Shown piece after piece: positions 48,956-61,429 of a stretch of 64,000 nt of DNA. Every line of letters begins with the position of its first letter. Positions within the stretch are counted from its first letter, which is position 1. The translations under genes were made by a program, and so were the position numbers. The DNA is from Chiloscyllium plagiosum. Taxonomy: Eukaryota. Under the pieces are notes generated by a model. That model was given only the letters and a program-made list of their open reading frames with translations. It was not told the DNA's origin and searched no databases. Where the stretch lies: the NCBI RefSeq assembly GCF_004010195.1, contig NC_057751.1, forward strand, positions 4,720,161 to 4,784,160, given 5' to 3'.

Positions 48956-50007
48956 ATGGAACCAAGAAAAAAAGTTTGCATTTATATAATGACATTCATG
49001 ACCTGAAGATGTCCCAAAGACGTTCACAGCCAATGAATGAATGTTTGAAATGCAGTCACTGTCATTATGTTGCAAGCTCCTACACAACATCAGTGTGAAA
49101 ATTACTGGATCAGTTGTTGTTAAGTATTTGGCAGGGAGTTAATACAATCTATAAGTGAAGATGCCATTTGTTTCCTGTGCTTCTGAATTTGTTTATTCAC
49201 AATTTCAGACTTGGTAACCACAAAATCTCTCCAAAGGCTACAGTTATTAACCTCTTCCGATTGAGCCTTCATTGTTATCTAGGTTTATGATTCCAGAATG
49301 AAATCCCTTGGAAGAAGAATCTGCTGTGCAGCCACACTCAGAGTCGCTGTCCACAGTGCAATCCTCCAACTCTCAGATCAAAACTGGGAGGAGTTGATTC
49401 CCTACTGAATTGATAGCCAGCCACAAAAGAAACAAGGCTGCTGCTTCTCTGTGTAGAGAAGGGATGTTCCACCCAGATGAACCTGAATGATAATACTCAG
49501 CAGAGACAAGAATAAGGCCGTTGTGAATGGTGAACCTGCTACCAGCAGCTTCAAACCCAGTGCCAGTGTGGGACATGGTACATTGACTCCCAATGACCAG
49601 CTCATCAAACACTGATGTTTGCTCTCACGCAGATGGGCATCCCTTGCAGGTTTCATTTTAATTTGTAAAAGTAAATACACTTTGTTATTTCCTGCATTGT
49701 GCAACCTTGAGGACCAGGAGAAGAAGTGCACAGTTGTAATCTCTCCCTTTATGCTCCATGAGTGTGTGAAAGAACCGGTCAGAGCGTGTCTGTTTGCACA
49801 ACACTGAGTCTGTACTTGCTGTCTCTTTCCCTTTAGCAGCCTGGGTTTGTTTGCCTTTTCCTCTCTGTCAAAAAGTAACCATTTTCAACAACTCATTACC
49901 TCTAACAATTGATGTCCTGGCCTTCTTGCCATTCCTTTTGTTATCTGCAAATAACAATTCAACAGGTGCCTGGAGAGATTGTAAGTGTCTGCACAAACAC
50001 TAAGGAT

Positions 50008-50290
50008 CACGGTGGCACAGTGGTTAGCACTGCTGCCTTACAGCACCAGAGATCAGGGTTCAATTCCTGCCTCGGGCAACTGACTGTGTGGAGTTTGCAT
50101 ATTCTCCCCGTGTCTGCGTGGGTCCCCTCCGGGTTTCCTCCCACAATCCAAAAATGTGCAGGTCAGGTGAATTGGCCATGCTAAACTGCCCGTAGTGTTA
50201 GGTGAAGGGGTAGGGGTGGGTTGCGCTTCAGCGGGTCAGTGTGGACTTGTTGGGCCGAAGGGCCTGTTTCTACACTGTAAGTAATCTAAT
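50008..50290 (+). mobile_element. HE1 SINE
   Basis: cacggtggcacagtggttagcactgctgcc...gggcctgtttctacactgtaagtaatctaat; ATCACGG repeated at the flanks. Confidence 0.92.
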
Positions 50291-50323
50291 ATCACGGAGG
50301 GCAACAAACACTTCACCAAAACC

Positions 50324-50419
50324 CTCATTCCTGATGAAGGGTTTATGCCCAAAACATCGATTCTCCTGCTCCTCAGATGCTGCCTGACCTGCTGTGCTTT
50401 TCCAGCATCACATTGCTCG
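50324..50419 (+). mobile_element. Short Penelope-like insert with 9-bp TSD
   Basis: ACCAAAACC at 50315-50323 and 50420-50428; CTGATGA-agggt-ttat-gccc-aaaa (core G lost). Confidence 0.75.
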
Positions 50420-50524
50420 ACCAAAACCAAGGCCAATGTTGGCTCCTGTGGTTTTCACTGCAGTCCCTTCCTCATCTCCTCCCACACATTCGGCACCACA
50501 AGCTCTTGGTGTTACTTCTGAAGC

Positions 50525-51290
50525 AATAACATAGAAACATTGAAAACAAAAGCAGGAGGAGGCCATTCAGCCTTTCAAACATGCTCTGCCATTCAATGCA
50601 ATCACGGCTGACCATCCAATCCAATACTCTGTTCCCACTGTCTTGCCCATAAACTTAGTTCTCTTCAGCCCAAAGAACTACATTTTACTTCTGCTTGAAA
50701 AAAATTCAAAGTTATGGCTTCAACTGGTTTCTGTGACAGAGAATTCCACAGTCTCACTATTCTCCAGGTGAAGACATTTCTCCTCATCGCAGTTCAAAAT
50801 GGCCTACAGAGTGTCCTCAGACTGTGACCTGTGCTTCTGGACTCCTCAGTCTTTGGGAAAACTCTGTGTGCATTTACCCTGTCTCGTCTTGTTCACATTT
50901 TGTAAGGTTCTGTGAGATCTCCCCTGCCCCTCAGTCTGAACTCCAACGAAAAGAGTACAACGCCATTCAATCTCTCTTAATAATACATCAGCCCTGCCAT
51001 CGCAGGAATCAGACTGGTAAACTTTCACTGCACTCCCTCCAAAATCAGACCATCCATCTTCAAATAAGGAAGCAAAACTACACACAATATTCTTGGCATG
51101 GTCGCACCAAGGTCCAGTACAATTGCAGCAAGACAACCCTGCTCCTGTACTTGAATTCTCCCAATGTGAAAGTTTACCTTCTTCCCCACCTGCTGCATCT
51201 ACATGCTTACTTTCGACAACAAGTGCACAAGGATCTGGTCTTGTTGCACCTCCCCCTTTCCAAGTCTATTGCTATTCAGGTATTAATCTG
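50525..51290 (-). mobile_element. CR1/HER1-type LINE 3' part (continues at ~52135-52230)
   Basis: Tail aacatagaaac...ggaggaggccattcagcc; aactacacacaatattc...caaggtccagtacaattgcagcaag CR1 motif. Confidence 0.75.
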
Positions 51291-52133
51291 AATTTATTGA
51301 ATTTATTGTCACGTGTACAGAGGCACAGTGAAAAGCTTTGTCTTGCGAGCAATACAGGCAGATCACAGAGTTAAGTAGCATAGGTAAGTTAATATTAGGT
51401 AAACAGCAGCAAACACAAAAACACAGGTACAGGTGAGTGTTGAGAGTTTGTGAGTCCATTCAGCATTCTAACAACAGTATGGTAGAAACGGTTACAAAAC
51501 CAGCTGGTGCTTCTGTACCTTCTCCCCGATGGTAGAGGTTGGAGAAAAACATTGCCAAGGTGGGATGGATCTTTGAGAATGCTGGCGGCCTTTCCTTGAC
51601 AGCGAGCCTGGTAGATGGATTCTATAGATGGGAGGTTGGCCTTTGTGATTGTCCGGGCTGAGTTCACCACTCTCTGCAATGTTCTCTGATCTTAAATTGT
51701 ACAGTTGCCATACCAGATAGTAATACATTCAGACAGAATGCTCTATATGGCGCACCTATAAAAGTTGGCAAGGATATTCGCCGTCATGCCAAACTTCCTC
51801 AGCTGCCTGAGGAAGAAGAGACATTGTTGGGCCTTTGTAACCAGTGCGTCCATATGAAGAGTCCAAGAAAGCTTGTTATGGCTGCTCCCAGGAGTTTGAC
51901 ACTCTCCACTCGTTCCACCTCTGTGCTGTTAATGTGTAGTGGGGGGGATGAGTAACATCCCGCTGAAAGTCAATAATGAGTTCCTTGGTTTTTCTGGCAT
52001 TGAGAGTTAGGTTGTTCTCAGTGCACTATTTTTCCAGGTCTTCCACCTCCTGTCTGTAGTCTGTTTCATCGCCAGCTGAGATTCAACTGACAATGGTGGT
52101 GTCATCAGCCAACTTGTAAATGGCATTAGTCTA
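51290..52133 (-). mobile_element. Rex1/Babar-type LINE 3' portion nested in the CR1 fragment
   Basis: Minus ORF LQRVVNSARTITKANLPSIESIYQARCQGKAASILKDPSH...LPSGRRYRS; RT-like KLADDTTIV near 52100; (aataaattc)n tail. Confidence 0.8.
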
Positions 52134-53939
52134 GTGTCTGTCTGCTCGTTTCTTGCTGCCGAAATGAATAACCTCACATTCATCGATATTATACTTCATC
52201 TGTCATCTTCATACTGCCCACTCACTCCAGTTGTCGAGTTAACAGCAGCAGGAAGCCTTCAGTTCACAACTCTGGAATTTGGTGAGACGGACTGGCATTG
52301 TCTGGAGATCTATGGCATAGGCAACAGGGAAGGATTGGATAAGTGGGCCCAAGGTGTGATTGGATCCGGAAGGCCTGGGTTGGAGTAGGGTGAAATGGGC
52401 TCAAACTGGGAGATGTGGGTGGGAAGGGGCAATCTCTACATGTCCAACATGTGTTCAGGACACTGAGGCAGCAATCCATGGCTCACAAGGAATTTGTTCA
52501 ATGAGCAATACCCCTTCAGAACAATAGAAATTATATACCACAGCCTTCATTAAGAATGCTGACAAGGTTTACTCTGTCACTTCTCAGTTTGTTTATATAC
52601 TAAATCAGAACATCTAACACTTGGATGTGGGGGAAGTATGACAAAATATTGCCCACGAACTCACAGAAATCACAACACCATCCTGGACAAAGCAGCCCAC
52701 TTGACTGACACCACATTCATAAACATGGGCTCCCTTCACCACCAACGCACAATGGCAACACGGTCTATGTGTCATCTACAAGATGTCCAATTTCAGTGCA
52801 ACAATTCAGTAAGGCTCTTTCAATGACATCCTGCCTCGAGCCAACTGCATTTTCCATATGCTTTGAAGAGTCTTCAAATAAACTAATTCCTGTCTCTGAA
52901 GGTCAGACTCAAAAGTCAAGCCTCCAAGTTTATAAACTGAACCAGATGCCACACTCCATTAAATGTGCTCTAACCTTCAACAGCAAAGTCATAACAACTA
53001 CCACTTACCAGGTAAAGCAGCTTGGAGGGAAGATCAACTTGAGGCCACGTGCAAGTGACAGACTGTAGAACATCCAAGATACACAATGTAATTTCCTTGC
53101 ATGTCTGTTCTCCATAGCCACAACCATTAGTTTCCACTCTTTCTGCAGTCTCTCTGTGCAGTTAGTTTCAATCACTTGCATGTGACGTAACCAAGCAAAA
53201 CCTGTGGATTACTGATGTAGTCAAATGAACGATCCCAGAAGATAAAATTAGCACCACAGATCAACGGGAGATCAGACTTTGTGAAAGAAATGACCCAGGG
53301 GATCACATCCACCAATCTGTCTCAGACGACATGCCACCTGTCCCTACTCATAAACACTTCCAGATCTCTCTTCAATCTATCAGTCTGAGTTCATCCTGCC
53401 AGGCAGTTCGAGGAATAGCAACAGTGGGATTGGAACCAGGAACTTGAGGACTCCAAGACAGTGCTACACACCAACTGACCAAGACAGGGCCACTGTTCCC
53501 TTGGGTTCTATCCACATCAAGGATGTGACTGTGATGGGCTGGAGTGAGGTGGGCTGGAGGCATGGAGCAGAGTGGGATGGTTGTTGGACTTTGGAGATAG
53601 GCTTAGGCAGTTATCAGCTTGCAAGGCTGGTCAGACCACGTGTGGAAACACCTGCACTGATCTACTGCAATGTCATGTTCACCTGTAATCTGTTTATCTG
53701 ACTATAATGCTCATCCTTTTAACTAGATGTCTTATTTTCTAACTTGTACTATAAATTGCTGTGAGGTAATGTAACCTTTTTCTTCTTTATTTCTCTTTTT
53801 TCTGTCTTGGATTTGTACCATTGTACTTTGTACCTAAGATGGCCATGTGAGGGGCAACATTGTAAACTTTTCACTATATTCCTGTATTTCAAGACCTGAG
53901 TACATTTGACATTAAAACCTAATTGTAATTCCAATTGAG

Positions 53940-54345
53940 AGGGTGGAGATGATGCGACTGCTCTCCTTGAAGAGGAAGAGGCTGAGAGGAGATTCAATGC
54001 ATCTCAGGAGTGGTCAGGGCAGAGTGGGTAGGGAGAAACAGATCCCACTCGCAAACAGATCAAGTAACAGATATCACAAAAGGAGCAAGCAGCAATGTGA
54101 GAAAACTCTTTTTCACACACTGAGTTGTCAGTTAGGGTCTGGAGTGGAACGCCTGGAAATATGGTGAAGGCAGGTTCAAAGTAAGCATTTAAGAGGGTAC
54201 TCAATGATAACAAATAAAAACAAAGCACACTGCTATAAGGTAAAGGCAGGAGATTGGCACTCAATGAAAATGCTGAGAGAGAGGTAGAGTGGACAGGGTG
54301 AGCCAAATGGCCTCCTTCTGCATCTTAACAGTTCTCAGATTCTAC
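53940..54345 (+). mobile_element. Decayed CR1 3' fragment
   Basis: ORF LLSLKRKRLRGD; tail gagccaaatggcctccttctgcatc. Confidence 0.65.
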
Positions 54346-54859
54346 GTTCTCACATCATTCCATTGTCAGGTCCCTGGTAAGCTTGACAGCTCATCCTCCC
54401 CCATCACTTTTATTGAGGTCATTTCTCCAGATGAACAAACTGATCCAGCCCCAGCCAAATGTTTCCCCACTGTGATCTGATTGCAAGGCTCAAAAGTTAC
54501 CATGTGCCTGGAGGGAGGGGTCTGTGATAATGGCAGCACAGCGTTATGACACTGTTGGAGCTGTACAGTGGCTGGTACTGTCTCAAAGTTTGCCATGCCA
54601 ACATTTCACTGACTGTCCCACCAAGAGCTACCTCCTTAACCCCCGCATCACCCAGCCCAGCACCCCTCCCCCCACTCTGAGTAACTTGTTGGCTATTGCT
54701 GCACCTTCAGCATGTGGAGTTTGAGAGGTGAAAATCCCTTGGGCTTTCTTGAAACCATTAACATTAACTCTTTCTTCCCTCAGCAATGGATAAGAGTTTG
54801 GCATTTTTACTTCAACCTGATCCTTACTTTTGACATTCCATTTCAAAGAAAGATGTGCA

Positions 54860-55230
54860 TTTATGTTGCATGTTTACTGCTATGTGACAAAGAGCATAGC
54901 AGCTCATGAGTACCATTTGAACTCAGTCACTATTGTAATGTTGGAAAACACAGCAGCCAATTTGCAGAAAGCAAACTCCCAAAACGAGTTTTGGGATCAA
55001 TGGTCGGATCATCTCATCCTGGTGATGTCAATTGAGTAATCAATATTGGACAGAGCACCCAAGAGAACTCCCCAGCTCTTCTGCAAGGCCAGCTTTTCCA
55101 TCCTCCTGAAGGAGTGGTCGTGGCTTCGTTGCAGAGACAGCATCTTTGACAGTGCAGCACACCTTCAGCACTGTATTGGGAGGGTGATGCAAACGCTGGA
55201 AGCAGAATTAAATCGAGAACCTCAGAACTC
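54860..55230 (-). mobile_element. Deu-domain SINE (reverse orientation)
   Basis: gacagcatctttgacagtgcagcacaccttcagcactg is the reverse complement of the Deu core at 8700-8750. Confidence 0.6.
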
Positions 55231-55283
55231 AGAAACAAGAATGTCACCGACTCAATTTCAGTTGACACAGTTAAGCTGCTCCT

Positions 55284-55610
55284 GTGGTAAAAACAAGGAC
55301 TGCAGATGCTGGAAACCAGATTCTGGATTAGAGTGGTGCTGGAAAAGCACAGCAGGTCAGGCAGCATCCGAGGAGCAGGAAAATTGACGTTTCAGGCAAA
55401 AGCCCTTCATCAGGAATACAGGCAGGGTGCCTGCAGAGCGGAGAGATAAATGAGAGCGGGGTGGGGAGATAGTATGACCTTGGGGTTACAGTGAGAGAGA
55501 GACTCAATGAGATTCTTGTAGAGAGAGGAGGAAAACTTCTTCAAGGCAGGCATCCTTGCAAGAGGATTCGCAATAGGGTTAAAATCAACTTGGTAAAAAC
55601 AAGGACTAGG
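55284..55610 (-). mobile_element. Penelope-like element remnant with repeated terminus and best-preserved hammerhead core
   Basis: tggtaaaaacaaggact at both ends; minus strand attcCTGATGA-a-gggc-tttt-gcct-GAAA-cgtc at 55413-55386; possible ORF start MPALKKFSSSLYKNL. Confidence 0.75.
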
Positions 55611-55853
55611 GCAGATGCTGGTGTCCACTGAGACTAGTGTGAAAGATGAAGTATTGAGAGTGTGGTGCTGGAATAGCACAGCAGGTCAGACAGAACCCCA
55701 GGAGCAGGGGATTCAACATTTCGGGATTACGTCCTTCATCAGGAATACCCAAAACGTTGATTCTCCTGCTCCTGGGGTGCTGCCTGACCTGCTGTGCTTT
55801 TCCAACACCACGCTCTCAACTCTGATCTCCAGCATCTGCACTCCTCATTTCCC
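55611..55853. mobile_element. Older palindromic Penelope-like insert
   Basis: Arms gagagtgtggtgctggaa..gcacagcaggtcag versus ctgacctgctgtgcttttccaacaccacgctctc, with ccttcatcaggaat near the centre. Confidence 0.75.
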
Positions 55854-56149
55854 CTCCCTGAAAGATTAAGTATCACAGGAACAAAAGGAAGACATCCAGC
55901 TTTTTGAACCAGTTGTACCATTCAATTTGGTCATGGCTGATCTGGATGTGAACTCCATAAATGCACCTTGTTCTGTAACCCCTCGTACAAACCCAACTAA
56001 AATCAACCAAATTCTGTTTCCAACCTTCCAGCCAAAATCCCAGCTTCACCAATAGTGTTAGACTCCAGACTCCCCTTTGAGGAATTTCTGAACACCAAGT
56101 CAGCCCCAGAGATTCTGTTAACAGTATGAGATCTTCTCAACTCTGTCTC

Positions 56150-57262
56150 TAGATGGCAGAACAATTAAATACCTATTTGAATTCTGTCTTCACAGAGGAA
56201 GACACAAATAACGTCCCAAATATATAAGGGAACTCAGGGCTTAATAGCAATGGAAATTAAATCAAGATTAGACAAGAGATGGGGCTGGGCACATTAATGT
56301 ATTTGAAGGCTGATAAATCCCCAGACCTTGACATGTGGTTAGCATGCAAAATTATGTGGGAGGACTGCATTGAATGAAGAATTGGTTGACACACAGGAAA
56401 CAAAGTGAAGGATATATGTCTTTTTCCAACCAGCATGGGACTGCAAGGATCAGTGCTTGGACCCCATCTATTTACAGCAATATATAAATGATTTAAATAA
56501 TCAAACTGTATGTCATAGCTGCAAAACTGCAGATGACACAAAGCTGGGTGGGTGGGTTAGCTTTGAGGAGGATGCAGAGAAGAAGCTTCAGTGTGATTTG
56601 TACAAGTCAGTGGCAAATGTTTGGCAGATAAGTATAATGTAAATAAATATGAGGTTAATCACTTTGATGGGAGATTTTTATTTGAACGGTGATAGATTGG
56701 GAAAGGGGCAGGCACAACCAGACCTAGCTGTCTTCTTACAGCACTCACTGAAAGAAAGAATGCAGATGCTGTCGGTGGTGAAGAAGGCAAAGGGTATATC
56801 GGCCTTCATGGTGAGAGAGTACAGGAGCAGGGATGTCTTGGTGCAAATTATATTCGGCCTTGTTGACACCACACCTGGGGTCCTGTGTGCAGTTCTGGTG
56901 TCTTTTTCTCAGGAAAGGTGTTCTGCAGTAGAAGGAGTGCAGCAATGGTTTACCAGACTGATTCCTGGGATAGCAGGATTGATGTATGTCGAGATGTTGA
57001 ATCAGGAGTGATAGTCTTAGGATAAGACCTTTAGAATAGAGATGAGTAAGCATTTCTTTACGCTGAGTGTGGTGAGCCTGTGGACCTCTCTCCAACAGAA
57101 AGTGATCGAAACCAAAACACAGAATGTTTTCAAGATGGCGTTTTTGGGGCTATGGGGAGAAAGTCGCAACAGGGTACTGAGTTGGCTGATCAACCATGAT
57201 CATATGAAATGGAGGTACAGGCTTGTGAAGGGCTGCGTGGTCTAATCCTACATTCTATGTTT
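56150..57262 (+). mobile_element. Decayed CR1/HER1 ORF2 with deletions
   Basis: ggatcagtgcttggacccc...YINDL...ADDTKLGG; EGVQQWFTRLIPG; FFTLSVVSLWTSL. Confidence 0.8.
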
Positions 57263-58319
57263 AACCCTCTGAGGTCTCTTGCCCATGTCACATATTGATT
57301 GCTGCACCCACCAGCTTTGGAATTCCTTCCCTATCGCTCTCCCTCTCCTCCTTTTCGATCCTCCAGAAACCCTGCCTCATTGATCAAACCTTGGACCCCT
57401 GTCATTGCAGTTCCTTCATGGTTTAATGTCACATGTACTGTCGCAGCTCAAGCTGTGCTGCAATGTTAAACCTGCTGGTTAGATCCTGCTGTAGGTGTTG
57501 ACTGTTGATAGCATTGGCAGTGTGCCCCACACACATAGAGAATCTGTAAACTAACCAACTTGTTTATATTTTCTAACACCATCTGCAGTTAAAGAATCTC
57601 TTGTCCCTCTGGAACTTTCCTCCAATTGTATACAGTTTCTCTCCGGCTGATAGCCGATCTGACAATTCCTTGCATGTTCAACTTCTTATCTTTTGATGAT
57701 ATAATCTCACTTCTACTTTTGGATGGTTCATTATCTACTGCGCCTCGCTTTCGAAATGTGTAACACTGACCAGATTACCCTTATTAAAGTTACAGCTGCT
57801 TCTCTTTTTGTCCTCTTTATCTCCAAGCACAATTGCCCCAATTGTTGAAACTCCTTCATTAAGCGGCAAGTCTGGAGATGTTTCTGCAGGGTGTCACAGA
57901 GGACATTTGGAACTCAGTTGAAACCCCCAACTCACTCGCCACAAGAAGAAATTGGGATCAGAGAGTGACTTGAAGCAGTCACTGTGTTTCACAATCCCTC
58001 AGAAGCTGACAAGGCTGTGGGTCTAAACTCCAAGACTGGCAGGTCCTGTACCCATTCATTCAGGTTCAGGTCCTCCCTTGAGCACAGGCTTTCAGCCGAG
58101 GGCAGCTCCACACCCTGAGGCTCCTCATTCGACCGACTGCTCCCCATTCAAAGGCAGGTGTGATCTTGAGCTTTGGGCTTGTCACAAGTGCAGCCAATGG
58201 TTAAGTTTCAGATTTCTAATTCTTGAACCATTTCCTTGTGAAGAGTGTTCTCCGTTGATTTCCTTCACTGAGTTATAACCAAAGTCAACAACGTGCACAA
58301 AGCTAAGTACACAAATGTC

Positions 58320-58830
58320 AGATCTCAAATTCCTGGGCATAGAAGACATATCAGGAGCAGAAGGAAGCTGTTCAAGTCCTTCTGTTCCCTGTTCGGTACA
58401 GCTGATTTTGGGTTCAACTCCAGTTTCCTGCCCCCTTCCCCAGTCCCTCATTTCCCTGAGAGACCAGATGATGTCTATCACAGTCTGCAGTTTCTTCAGC
58501 AGTTAGAGAATTCAAAGATTCACAACCCTTTCAGACTGAGGACATTCCTCCCCATTTTATACCAACATTCAAGCCCCTTCCACCAAAATTGGCTCTGCAT
58601 CCCAGATTACCCTGTGAGGAAATGAGGGGAAGCAACCTCTCTGTCAACCCTGTCAAGTTCATGCAGAACCCTCTATATTGTTGTGTTGTCTCTGATTTAT
58701 GTAAACATACTCAATCCCTTCATCAGAGGATAAGGTCCTCACTCCAGATACCAGTTAAATGAATGCTCATGATAATTGCCTCCAATGCCAATGTATCATT
58801 TGTTAAATTCAGAGACCAAAACTGTACTCC
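58320..58830 (-). mobile_element. Decayed CR1 3' fragment
   Basis: catagaagacatatcaggagcagaagg tail; gagaattcaaagattcacaaccc; gagaccaaaactgtac. Confidence 0.65.
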
Positions 58831-61429
58831 ATGTATGTTCCATGCAGGATGTGTTCTCTCTGTTATATCAGCTCCTCTTCAACTATTCTAAGCTTACTGC
58901 TTGTGGAGACAGATAGAGGCAGCTTGCTTTTCTACTGAACTGAGGCAGGAGGGCAGGGTGACTGCAAAACTGAGTGGAGACCAAACCTTTTCTCAACCAT
59001 CAAGCAAGAGTTTAAACTAAAACTGGTCAGTTGAATGTTTAAGAGAAATGCACGATACTGACTGAACTCCTCAGCCTTCAGGAGACCATGGGCAGAAGTT
59101 CACAGACTTCATTTCAAAAGCAGGTCAGGAACTTGCTCCCTGACAGTACCATGGATCAAGCTTCAGCAGAGGAACGTCAGTGGTGCAAGAAGGCAGCACA
59201 CTACCACCTTCTCCAGGGCCATGAGGAATGGCCAATAGGTGCTGGCCTAGCCAGACAGGCTCACATCCCCTGAAGAAATATTACCAAAAGAGGATTGATA
59301 GTCACCAGTGTTCAACACTCAAGAACAAAGGCTTTCTCTCAAGCCAGCTCCACAGAGAGAGTAAGAAGAAAGAGATTCCAATTCCGTAGCTCCTTCCACA
59401 ACCACAGGATATCCTAAAGCATTTCAGAAGCTGTGACGTAATGATACAATGTTCACTGTTACAGCACATTCCTGCCTGGCCTCTCGAGTTTCACTGACAT
59501 TTGCCCAAGTTTGTGCAAAACCCTGTTTTTAAGCTCAATGCAAATCTAATTCACCTATCACTGCCCTGTCCACTGAGCTGCACCAGCTCCAGATACGTGG
59601 GTTCCACTCTGTTACTGCTGTCCCCCTCTTATTTCCAAATCCCTTCATACCGTTTCATCTTTGTAGTCACCTCCAACCTCACAACCTGCTCTGAGATCTC
59701 CCTGTTCTTCAACTTCCTGCCCAGTTGAGCTTTCAGATTTCAACTACTTTATCATGGGTGGCCATGACTTCAGCTGCCTGGGCCCTGGGTTGTAGAGTTT
59801 TCAGGAAAATCATTTTCTCACTCTCCTCCTGGAACCAGTCCTCACTGACCAAAAAATAAATACTGCTGCCCACCTGTTATGGTAAGGGATGTAAGTGTTT
59901 GTTTACTCAGACTGCTGGGAAGTGAACTGGGACTTTGGGAGATTGAGGACATGCTCTGACAAGGGGCGTTGTTGTCACTGTAATTGAGTGTGCACTGAGG
60001 CACAGGTACAAACCAAGAGCTGAGAGGACTTATCTCACTGAGTGTCTGTCATGTAGAGGCAGAACTTCACGCTTGACATTTCTGATGAGCCCAGCACAAA
60101 CAAGATTACATGTCGCTTTGTATTGCATAAACACAGGAGTGCATTAAGAGCCAGGCCAACGCAGCTTGATTGCATGCGGGCATCTTAAAGAGAATTAACT
60201 GATAAGGTTCCACCTCTTGCAGAAAAAAACATCAGGAATCCCAAATGGGCTGCACAAAAGGCAAACAGTCATAGGTTGAAAACCCAGAGTCTTGCCTCGA
60301 ATTGTTGGGCCCTCCAGTGAGCCTTGTTTACACATTGCTGCTCATTATCAAAGATCTTGAATATCCTTTTAACGTTTCACAGCTAGGCACAAATGCTGCA
60401 GAAGCACAGAGAGACCCATTGTTTCTCTCCAAAACTGGTAAGGTTATCTCAGCCAAAGTAGCAACTGTAATTCTTGAGAGAATGAAAGAATGAGAGGAGA
60501 TAAACCTTTCTGCACTGACAGACAGAATCAGATGAAGGTGCAACATCAGGAGATTGGTTCACTTCTCACTGTTTTAGGTTAGGCAAGTCCCAAACTTGCT
60601 TTTCCTTTTGAAAAGGATTCTTGCGCCATGTGAGTGAGGTACTCACCGGTGAATACAGAAAGCAGGACTGTCATCGATCCTGACAGTGCCCAGTGTGGCA
60701 GTGGCCTGTGCATGGTTGCCAACCATGATGTCAAAAGGTGCCAAGTCATCACACTCACACTGACCACTCGTGTGAAATCTGAAAGAGGTCAGCTGAACTT
60801 AAGTGGTCAAATTATCAACAGTCACTTGGAGACAAACAGCTCGCCATCACCTTATCTGGGACAATTAGGATGGGCAATAAATGCTGTCCCAACCAGTGCC
60901 GTCCCTTTCTGTGAACAAACAGAGGAAAATAAAATCCAGCTTCCTCAAAGATAGTGGATCAGTAAACGTTGCACTGTAAATAAGGAGATCACACAGCCAG
61001 AGTTAGACACAGCCTGAGTGAATATATAGCTCGGGGAATTTGGAGGCAGTGTGGGAATTTATTGCAAAGGGGAAGAGGTGTTTTTTTGTTGGCTTTTCTT
61101 TTGGCTCATAGTTTGTAGGGTTTTGTTTTACTCAAGATAAATTTAAACCCTAGATCAGAAGCCCAACACTAAAGAGGGACATTATAGCTGAGCTGGTGTC
61201 GATGTCCCATGAATTCAAACTGGTTTCTATGGTGGAATGGGCTCAACTTGAATCCTGCTGGGACCAGAGTCCTGGCAAATTGCCTACCTAGGGCTGTGGG
61301 CAGGGCTTTCAACTAAATGCCTGAGAGTGGGATGTGCGGTTGTCAGAAAATTATGGAAGATGTTCAATGGAGAGGGGGCTCAGGAGAGGTTCTACAAATT
61401 TTCCAGAACAAGGATTAGGACAGAAAGTC

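Noticed and set aside
60328..60546. Minus ORF ITLPVLERNNGSL faintly like short-chain dehydrogenases
   Set aside because: Only a few matching residues; no other SDR motifs or partner exons.
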